Positions 51,752 to 59,716 of a stretch of 64,000 nucleotides of DNA are shown piece after piece. Both the position numbers and the translations under genes were made by a program. How positions within the stretch are numbered: the first letter of the stretch is position 1; each line of letters opens with the position of its first letter. The notes below the pieces were generated by a model. The model ran no database searches. It had not been told where the DNA came from and saw only the letters and a list, made by a program, of their open reading frames with translations. The stretch is taken from the NCBI GenBank assembly GCA_963823665.1, contig CAWGMQ010000006.1, forward strand, positions 96,001-160,000, given 5' to 3'. The stretch comes from an uncultured Planctomycetota bacterium. Its GTDB lineage: Bacteria; Planctomycetota; Planctomycetia; Isosphaerales; Isosphaeraceae.

Positions 51752-54700
51752 ATGAGCCTCGCCCACACTCCGGATCGAATGCAGCTTCCACAGGACCTGG
51801 AGCATCAGCTCCACGACTTCCGGCGCCTGGTATGGACGGTCAAGATTGTCGAGGCCCTCGCGGGGGCGTGCTTCGGCATTCTGGCTGCGTACCTGGTGCT
51901 GTTCGGGCTCGACCGGCTGTGGGATACGCCAGTGGCGCTGCGCGCTGTGCTCTTTCTCGTGGCGGCCTTGGCGTGTGCGAATGTACCGGTCTTTCTGCAT
52001 CGGTGGGTGTGGCGGAACCGGCGGATGGAGCAGCTAGCGCGGCTGTTATCGCGGCGATATCCGCGGGTGGGCGACCAGTTGCTGGGCATCATCGAGCTGG
52101 CTCACAACGAATTCGAGCAGGCGCGGTCGCCGGAGCTGTGCGCGGCAGCGATCCGGGAAGTGGCGCGTGATGCAGGGAAGGTGAATTTCAAGACGGCGGT
52201 GCCGCATCCCCGACATCGAATCTGGCTGGGGGTTGCGGGCGTGCCGCTCCTGGTGGCGGCGGTTTTGCTGGCGATGTTCCCGGCGGCGGCGGTGAATGCG
52301 TGGCAGCGGTTCCTGGCGCCCTGGGGGGGCACGCCGCGTTACACGTTCACGGCGCTCGAGAAGCTGCCGGACCGCCTGGTGGTGGCGCACGGCGAGCCGT
52401 TCAACGTGGACATGAAGCTCATGGACGGCACAGAGTGGCGGCCCGAACGCGGGGTCGCGCAGCTCGGGGCCCAGCAGCCGGTAGCTGCGAAGCTGGTGGA
52501 GAATCGGTACGACTTCGAGTTGCCGCCGCAGATCGATGCGGGGCAGCTTCACGTGAAGATCGGCGACGCCTCGCAGAGCGTGCGGGTTGTACCAACTTTG
52601 CGACCGGAGCTGACGTCGATCGTCGCTTCCGCGGCGCTACCGGCGTACCTGGGAATCGCGACGCCGCAGACGAAGGACGTGCGGGGTGGTGCGATTTCGC
52701 TCGTGCAGGGGAGCAAGGCGACATTCAAGGCGACGGTGAGCCGGGACTTAAGCGCGGCGAAGGTGGACGGCAAGCCGGTGACCCCGGCCGGAGCGATTGT
52801 TGCGAGCCCGCCGGAGCTGATCGAAAGCTCGCGCAAGATTGAGTTTCGCTGGGAGGACAAGCTGGGGCTGGAGGGCAAGGAGCCATTCTCGCTCGACGTG
52901 ACTGCGCGGGAAGATGAGGCACCCTCGCTCACGACGGAGGACCTGCCGCGGCAGAAGGTGGTGCTTGACACCGAGCAGCTCAGTTTCAAGGTGCGGGCCC
53001 AGGATGATTTCGGAATCAAGCACGTCGGGCTGGACTGGCAGGGCGTGGAGAGTGCGGTCGAGGGAAAGCCGGCCAAGGGCGAGCGAATCATTGCCGCCGG
53101 TGGGAACGAGAAAGACTCGCTCGAGCTTGCCGGGGCTTTTTCGGCCAAGTCGCTGGGCATCGAGCCGCAGCCGGTGAACGTGCGGATCTTCGTGGAGGAC
53201 TACAAGCCCGGGCGGGGGCGGGTGTATTCACCGACCTATACATTCTGGGTCTTGAATGCCGAGCAGCACGCGATCTGGGTGACGGAACAGCTCAGCAAGT
53301 GGCACCGGCAAGCCCTGCTAGTGCGCGACCGCGAGATGCAGTTGTTCGAAACGAACAAGCAGCTTCGGGACTTGAAGGGCGAAGAGCTTGACCAGCCGGA
53401 GAATCGTCGACGGATCGAGAACCAGGCGATGGCCGAGCGGGCGAACAGCCGGCAGCTTTCGGGGCTGGTTCTTTCGGGCGAGGACCTGATCAAGCAGGCG
53501 ATGCGGAACCCGGAGTTCGGCATCGCGCATCTTGAGAAGTGGGCGGAGATGCTGCAGATACTCAAGGACATCGCGGGCAATCGCATGCCGTCGGTGGCGG
53601 ACCTCTTGCGGGAGGCGGCCAAGTCCCCTGCCACGGCCTCGGCGACTTCGAAGAGCAATAACAAGTCGATGGTGGCGGGAAATGTTCGCTCGGGGAGCAA
53701 GGGGGTTCCCTCGGAGCCGAAGGATGAGAAGCCGAAGCCGCCGTCGGGAATTCCGACGATTGCGGACAAGGAATCGTCGCAACAGCCGCCGGATGAGAAG
53801 GGTCAGCAGCCGCCGCCGTCCAAGAGCAAGGCGAAGACCCCGCGGCTGACCTTCCCGGTGACGACGCTCGACGGCAAGCCGAGCGCGAAGAAGCAGGAGG
53901 AACAGCCGCCGGCGGAGGAACAGATTGAAGAGGCGGTGAAGCAGCAGCAGGACTTGCTGGCGGAGTTCGAGAAGATCGCCGACGAGCTGAACCGGGTGCT
54001 GGCGAGCCTGGAAGGAAGCACGCTGCTGAAGCGGTTGAAGGCGGCGTCGCGGCATCAGCTCAAGATCAGTGGGCGGATCGGCGATCTGGTCTCGGCGGTG
54101 TTCGGGGTCGAGGGCTACCGGGTTGGGTCGGCGCCGGCGAAGGTGATGGACGAGCTTGGCAACGAGGAAGGGAAGGCCAGCAAGGATGTCTCGTTCATCA
54201 TGGACGACATGCACGCTTATTTCGAGCGCCGGCGGTTCCAGCGGTTCCAGACGGTGCTTGACGAGATGCGGCTCCTAGACGTGGTGGGGAGCCTGCGGCA
54301 GCTTGGCGACGACCTGAACAAGGAGAACGGTCTGTCGATCGCCCAGTGCGAGTTCTGGTCGGACACGCTCGACCGGTGGGCGGAAGACCTTGTCGATCCT
54401 GCGGGGAGCGGGACGTGCAATGCGAAGTCGAAGAGCAGTCTGCCGCCGGCCCTGGTTCTCGAAGCGCTTCAGATCCTGGAAGGCGAGGTCAACCTGCGCG
54501 AGAACACGCGGGTTGTGGAGCAGGCGCGGCCGGGGCTCGAGACGGCCGCTTACAAACTTCAGGCCGTTCAACTCTCGGGGACGCAGAAGGGGCTGGTCGA
54601 CCGCACGAATGCGCTCGGCGAAGCCATCCGCAAGCTTCCCGACGGGGAGAGCGAGTTCGCGTATGAGATCGGGCTGCTGGGCGAGGTGTCGGGGGTGATG

Positions 54701-55030
54701 CAGGAGGCAGAGACGATCCTGGCACAGCCCGAAACCGGAAGCACGGCGATTGCGGCGGAGACGGAGGCGATCGAGCTGCTCCTCAAGTCGAAGCGGATCA
54801 ATCCCAAGGGTGGCGGTGGCGGCGGCTCGACGCCCGGAGGTGGTGGCGGCGGCAAGACGCTCGATTCGGCGCTGGCGCTTTTCGGCGGCGGCGTGAACGA
54901 TAAGGAAGTGCGAGAAGACCGGGGCGTGTCGCAGGCGACGGGTGAATCGGGTTCGGCGCTGCCGGAAGAGTTCCGCACTGGGCTCGACGAGTATTTCAAC
55001 CGGCTGGAACGCGGCTCGGGAGGGAAATAG
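51752..55030 (+). CDS. Large membrane-anchored coiled-coil protein (DUF4175-like)
   Basis: Three N-terminal TMs, AQDDFGI Ig-like segment, coiled coils, C-terminal LPEEFRTGLDEYFNRL. Confidence 0.8.
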   Translation: MSLAHTPDRMQLPQDLEHQLHDFRRLVWTVKIVEALAGACFGILAAYLVLFGLDRLWDTPVALRAVLFLVAALACANVPVFLHRWVWRNRRMEQLARLLSRRYPRVGDQLLGIIELAHNEFEQARSPELCAAAIREVARDAGKVNFKTAVPHPRHRIWLGVAGVPLLVAAVLLAMFPAAAVNAWQRFLAPWGGTPRYTFTALEKLPDRLVVAHGEPFNVDMKLMDGTEWRPERGVAQLGAQQPVAAKLVENRYDFELPPQIDAGQLHVKIGDASQSVRVVPTLRPELTSIVASAALPAYLGIATPQTKDVRGGAISLVQGSKATFKATVSRDLSAAKVDGKPVTPAGAIVASPPELIESSRKIEFRWEDKLGLEGKEPFSLDVTAREDEAPSLTTEDLPRQKVVLDTEQLSFKVRAQDDFGIKHVGLDWQGVESAVEGKPAKGERIIAAGGNEKDSLELAGAFSAKSLGIEPQPVNVRIFVEDYKPGRGRVYSPTYTFWVLNAEQHAIWVTEQLSKWHRQALLVRDREMQLFETNKQLRDLKGEELDQPENRRRIENQAMAERANSRQLSGLVLSGEDLIKQAMRNPEFGIAHLEKWAEMLQILKDIAGNRMPSVADLLREAAKSPATASATSKSNNKSMVAGNVRSGSKGVPSEPKDEKPKPPSGIPTIADKESSQQPPDEKGQQPPPSKSKAKTPRLTFPVTTLDGKPSAKKQEEQPPAEEQIEEAVKQQQDLLAEFEKIADELNRVLASLEGSTLLKRLKAASRHQLKISGRIGDLVSAVFGVEGYRVGSAPAKVMDELGNEEGKASKDVSFIMDDMHAYFERRRFQRFQTVLDEMRLLDVVGSLRQLGDDLNKENGLSIAQCEFWSDTLDRWAEDLVDPAGSGTCNAKSKSSLPPALVLEALQILEGEVNLRENTRVVEQARPGLETAAYKLQAVQLSGTQKGLVDRTNALGEAIRKLPDGESEFAYEIGLLGEVSGVMQEAETILAQPETGSTAIAAETEAIELLLKSKRINPKGGGGGGSTPGGGGGGKTLDSALALFGGGVNDKEVREDRGVSQATGESGSALPEEFRTGLDEYFNRLERGSGGK

Positions 55031-55089
55031 CGGGGCGGGTGATCTCGGGGTTGGCTCTACTTCGATTCCCCCGTCTTGCGGAAGAACGC

Positions 55090-56273
55090 ATGAGACGAAC
55101 CATCGGGTCCTTGGCGATCAGCGGTCTCGTGGGTGCGTGCTTCACGTCGGCGATCGTGCTCGCACAAGCGGGAGGCGGCGCGCCTGCCCAGGCGCCCGCC
55201 ACGGCGCAGGCGAAGCCGGTCGAAGGGCCATTGCGGATCATCGAGGGGAAACTCGAGTCTCCGTTCGATGAGCCGAAGGTCGCGCAGGATAAGAAAGGCC
55301 GCCGTGCGGCGGACCAGAAGGCGGTAGAAGCCGCCGCGGCCGAGGCGGTGCCGGCAAACGGGCGGATCAGGGCCGTGGTTATCAAGGGGCGCAGCCGGCG
55401 CAGGCGAATCGCGCACCCTTGATCCAGCAGTTCACCAATCAAGCGAGGCCCTTGCTGAGGGCCGAGCTGTTGTTTGCGAGGAACGTGTGCCAGTTGAATC
55501 GTGAAGAGCTGCGGAAGATCAATCGAGAAGCGCAATCGATGCTGGACGAGGTTGTGGCGAAGCTTGTCGATGCGCAGTTCCAGCCTCGGGCGCGGGTGGT
55601 GGTGCAGGGGAAGATGCCGCAAGGCCTCGATTCGCATCAGCTCCTTCATGATGGCGTGATCACGGTCATGAAGAAGAACTTGAGCGCGGACCAATGGTCG
55701 CGCTACGACGCGGAGATGCAGAAGCGCGATGAGAACCGCAAGAGCGCAACGATTCGTTATTTCGTTGATGCGATCGACCGGGAGCTATACCTGACGCCCG
55801 AGCAGTGCGATCGGCTCGAGGCTGCCCTCAAGGACCAGTGGGATTCCGGCTGGACGATGTATCTGGAGAACCACCTCTTCGGCAACAGGTATTATCCGAT
55901 GACGATCGACCCGATCGTTACGCCGCTGCTCTCGGATGCACAGAGGAAGGTGTGGGGGGGAGTGCCGAAGGTGGGGGTGTACTGGGGCTTTTCCGGCATG
56001 CTGGCAGGTTTCGCCAATGATATGGACGGGCTAGAGGTCGAGCTGGGGGAGCCCGCGAGGCGGGGTCAGGGGGCGAACGCGGGGATGGGCGCGATGATGA
56101 AGATGCAGGTGCCGGCGGTCCAAGGGGTGATGGTTGAAACCACAGAGATTATCAGGGGTGCCCCGGCGAAGGTATCCAGCAAGAAAAAGGCGGCGGCCGC
56201 GGCGCCGGCTGCGAAGCAATTGAAGCGGGGAGCGGTGGACGGTCGCGAGAAGGCCGGCGATCCAAAACAGTGA
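55090..56273 (+). CDS. Exported helical hypothetical protein, paralog 1 (frameshift ~55400)
   Basis: Signal peptide in ORF 55039..55422 continues into ORF 55419..56273 (IDRELYLTPEQ). Confidence 0.7.
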
Positions 56274-56285
56274 GCTTCCGGCCCT

Positions 56286-57410
56286 ATGGTTCAAGTCATC
56301 AAGCACGAGATGAGATCGGCTTCCGCGGGTTTTCCGTGCCGCGACGTGTGGAGCAAGAAACGCATCATGATTTCGCTCGAAGAAGCGATCCGCCGGCTGT
56401 TCTTCGTGGTCTCGCTGTTCTGCGCGACGGCTGCGGGCTCGGCGGCGTTTGGACAGGATGACGACGTGATCGATGACACGATTGCACCGGTGCCGGCGCG
56501 AGCGGGAGTGAGAGCGGCGGCGCGGGCGGAGGTCCAGTTCGTGGTTCCACCACCGATGGCGGCCCAGTTCAATCCGGAGCAGATCGATCAGTGGGTTTTT
56601 AACAGGCTGGGGGGCGCGGCTGGCGCGAGGAGCCGGCTGGACGCTAACCTGGCGCTGCGGATTGACGATCTCGATCGAATGTGCGCGATGACGGAGCTTC
56701 AGAAGAAGAAGCTGATGGTGGCGGGGCTTGGCGACATCAAGCGGTTTTACGACCGCGTCGACGACTTGAAGCGCAGGTACGCAAGCGGTGGGAACCCGGC
56801 GAATATGAACAACATCTGGCAGGAGATGCAACCGCTGCAGGTGGAGCTCGCGAACGGATTGTTCGGAGATCTATCGCTGTTCATGAAGACGGTGAAGAAC
56901 ACGCTCTCCGAGGAGCAATCGCAGCGTCACGAAGACCTGTCGCGGCGTCGCGGGACGGCGCGGCGGCGAGCGAGCATCGAGCTGTTCGTGGTTCAGCTCG
57001 ACAAGGCGCTTGGGCTTTCCGAGGCACAACGGGGGCGATTGATCGAGCTGCTGGTGGGCGAGACTCCGGCGCAGGCGAAGTATGGTCAGGCGGATTACTG
57101 GTATTTCATGTATCAGATGACGCGGCTACCGGAAGCGAAGATCACGGCGATTCTCGACGAGGCGCAGTGGCGGCTGCTTTCCCGGCAGTTCATGCAGGCC
57201 CGGGGGATGGAGCCGTGGCTCAAGAGTAATGGGATTCTGTCTTCGGTGGGTGGTTCGGCGCCCGAGCCGTCGCCGTCGCGAGTTGTGCCGATCGGCGCCG
57301 TGGAGGGGAAAACAACGATCATCAGGGTCGAGTCCGTAGCGAAACCGCAGAAGGGCGTGCTCTCGGTGGAGAAGGCCGCAACCGGCTCGCGAGTGGTCCC
57401 GCAGAAGTGA
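56286..57410 (+). CDS. Exported helical hypothetical protein, paralog 2 (start possibly 56367)
   Basis: LRIDDLDRMCAMTELQKKKLMVAGLGDIKR motif. Confidence 0.75.
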   Translation: MVQVIKHEMRSASAGFPCRDVWSKKRIMISLEEAIRRLFFVVSLFCATAAGSAAFGQDDDVIDDTIAPVPARAGVRAAARAEVQFVVPPPMAAQFNPEQIDQWVFNRLGGAAGARSRLDANLALRIDDLDRMCAMTELQKKKLMVAGLGDIKRFYDRVDDLKRRYASGGNPANMNNIWQEMQPLQVELANGLFGDLSLFMKTVKNTLSEEQSQRHEDLSRRRGTARRRASIELFVVQLDKALGLSEAQRGRLIELLVGETPAQAKYGQADYWYFMYQMTRLPEAKITAILDEAQWRLLSRQFMQARGMEPWLKSNGILSSVGGSAPEPSPSRVVPIGAVEGKTTIIRVESVAKPQKGVLSVEKAATGSRVVPQK

Positions 57411-57574
57411 ACGATCTCAAGAACTGAGTTCTGGCGCCGAATGCGACATCGGTTGGCTGGGGATCGATCGTATGGAGTGGATACTTCTAAACTTGGTCCG
57501 ATCTATCTGCCTGGGGGCGAGGCGGGGATATCTCCCGGATTACGACGTGTCGGCTGCGACATCGCCCGCCCCCA

Positions 57575-57607
57575 CCCCCCCTGGCCCCCCCTTCTAAAGG
57601 GGGGGAA
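57575..57607. repeat. REP-like hairpin, second copy
   Basis: CCCCCCCTGGCCCCCCCTTCTAAAGGGGGGGAA; matches 15093-15126. Confidence 0.75.
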
Positions 57608-57667
57608 AGGGACCGCATGCTCGCGCGAGCAATCGATTTTCCGTCGTCCCGTTCCAGGCGTTAACTC

Positions 57668-58600
57668 ATGAAATCAGTCGCACCGCTGCACTTCCGGAAG
57701 CTCGCGATCCCGGCGCTACTGGCAGTCGCTGCTGCGGGTGCGGGTGCTCGCGGGCAGCAGCCTGCCGGCGAGCGGCCGGTCGTGCGGGCGCCGCGGGAGG
57801 GTGTGATCGAGTTCGAGGAGGTCGATCCGATTGCGGTCACGGCGCAGTTTAACGTTCTGGCTTTCGGTCAGGGCGATCAGGAGACGGCGAGGAAGCGGCT
57901 GGAGTCGCGGCTCAGGTTGCGGATCGAGCAAATCGATCGGGTGTGCAAGCTCACGCCGGAGCAGCGGAACAAGCTGAACGCGGCCGGGAGGGGCGACATC
58001 AAGCGAGCGTTCGCTCGCGCCGTTGAGCTCAAGGGCAAGTATGCGGCTGGTCGACCGGGGATAGACCGCGGGCGGCAGCTTCTCGAGGATATCGGCGAGT
58101 ATCGCCGGGCGATGACCGAGCTTGATTGTTTTGGAGACGGGTCGCTGTTCTCCAAAGTTTTGCCAAAGACTCTCACGCCGGAGCAGACGGCGATCCGCGA
58201 GAAGTCGATGCGTGAAGCCGCGAACGCCGAGCATGTTTCGACGATCCGCTGGGCAGGGAGCAGCCTGGCTCTCTGGCTGCAACTGAAGCCGGAGCAGCGC
58301 CAGAAGTTCGAGAGCCTGCTCACCGCCCGGACGCGGCCGCCGCGGAGATTCGGCGAGTACGACTATTACGGTTTGATGTTTCAGGTGTCCAAGCTGGCGG
58401 AGGAGGATCTGAAGCCGATCTTCACCGCGGATCAATGGCAGAAAATGAAGCTTCAGTTTGCCGAGGCGCAGCGGCTTGAGAAGGTGCTCGAGGTCGGGGG
58501 CTTCCTGCCGGACGAGGGCGTGGCTCGCGCGGGGAGCAAGCCGCACAAAGAGCCGACTGCCGAGCCGGAAGGCCGGCGAAGCCAAGCAAATGATTTCTAG
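57668..58600 (+). CDS. Exported helical hypothetical protein, paralog 3
   Basis: Signal peptide; LRIEQIDRVCKLTPEQRNKLNAAGRGDIKR. Confidence 0.75.
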   Translation: MKSVAPLHFRKLAIPALLAVAAAGAGARGQQPAGERPVVRAPREGVIEFEEVDPIAVTAQFNVLAFGQGDQETARKRLESRLRLRIEQIDRVCKLTPEQRNKLNAAGRGDIKRAFARAVELKGKYAAGRPGIDRGRQLLEDIGEYRRAMTELDCFGDGSLFSKVLPKTLTPEQTAIREKSMREAANAEHVSTIRWAGSSLALWLQLKPEQRQKFESLLTARTRPPRRFGEYDYYGLMFQVSKLAEEDLKPIFTADQWQKMKLQFAEAQRLEKVLEVGGFLPDEGVARAGSKPHKEPTAEPEGRRSQANDF

Positions 58601-58610
58601 ATGAGGCATC

Positions 58611-59705
58611 GTGAGAATCGTCATGGCGAACAAATGCGGGACGGGGCGAACGCGCCGGCAGGGTGTTCTTGCGGTGCTCTGCGCGTCTCTCCTGGCGGCG
58701 GGAATGGTTGCTCCGGCGGCCGCGCAGATACCGACGTCGCGGTTCGGCGAGGCCGTGCCGCGCAACGTGCGCGAGATGTATGACCGTGGCTTGCAGTATC
58801 TGGCGAAGACGCAGTCGGAGAACGGTGACTGGCCGGGTGGTGGGGGCGAGAACGGTCCAGGAACGACAGGCATGGCGTTGATGGTGTTTCTGGCGTGCGG
58901 GGAGGACCCGAATTTCGGTCCCTACAGCAACCACATTCGCCTGGCAATCCGGAACATGATCAGGGCCCAGGACTCGAGCACGGGCATCATGGGGCCCTCC
59001 ATGTATCATCATGGCTTCGCGACGCTGGCGCTGGCGGAAGCCTACGGGACGGTGGACGAGCGAGGTCTGTGGCCTGACGGCAAGGGTGTGCGGACGATCG
59101 GGCAGGCGCTCGAGCTGGCGGTGCGCGGGGCGGTGACGTCGCAGAAGAAGAATCCGCTGGGTGCGTGGCGGTATTCGCCGGATGCGCGCGACGCCGACAC
59201 GTCCGTGAGCGGGGCGGTATTCGTGGGGCTCCTGGCGGCGCGGAACGCGGGGATCGAGGTTCCGGACGAATCGATCGACAAGGCGATCGCGTTTTATGCC
59301 CAGATGACATCCGCGTCGGGTGAAGTTGTTTATGCGCCAGGGATGGGGGGCTTCGGCGAGTCGCTGGCGCGGAGCTCGATTGCGACGCTGGTGTTCTCGG
59401 TGGCTCGTCGAAAGGATTTGAAGCAGTTCAAGGCGACGCTCGACTATTTGAGGCAGCGTGCCGATCAGGCCGGGAGCGGCCAGACGGGCTGGACGGAGTA
59501 TGCGCGGTACTACGAGGCGCAGGCGCTGTTTCAGGGCGACGTGACGGCCTGGGAGAAATGGAACCGGATGCTGGTGCGGCAGTTGAAGCAGGCACAGATG
59601 GCCGATGGCAGTATCCGCGGTCAGCAAGGCGCGGCGGTCGGAACGTCGCTTTCGCTGCTGGCGCTGGCGGTTAATTTTCGTTTCCTGCCGATCTACGAGC
59701 GATAG
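58611..59705 (+). CDS. Prenyltransferase/squalene-oxidase repeat protein (exported)
   Basis: GLQYLAKTQSENGDW, MYHHGFATLALAEAYG, GAWRY and QMADGS repeats. Confidence 0.85.
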   Translation: MRIVMANKCGTGRTRRQGVLAVLCASLLAAGMVAPAAAQIPTSRFGEAVPRNVREMYDRGLQYLAKTQSENGDWPGGGGENGPGTTGMALMVFLACGEDPNFGPYSNHIRLAIRNMIRAQDSSTGIMGPSMYHHGFATLALAEAYGTVDERGLWPDGKGVRTIGQALELAVRGAVTSQKKNPLGAWRYSPDARDADTSVSGAVFVGLLAARNAGIEVPDESIDKAIAFYAQMTSASGEVVYAPGMGGFGESLARSSIATLVFSVARRKDLKQFKATLDYLRQRADQAGSGQTGWTEYARYYEAQALFQGDVTAWEKWNRMLVRQLKQAQMADGSIRGQQGAAVGTSLSLLALAVNFRFLPIYER

Positions 59706-59716
59706 GGTGTGAATCC

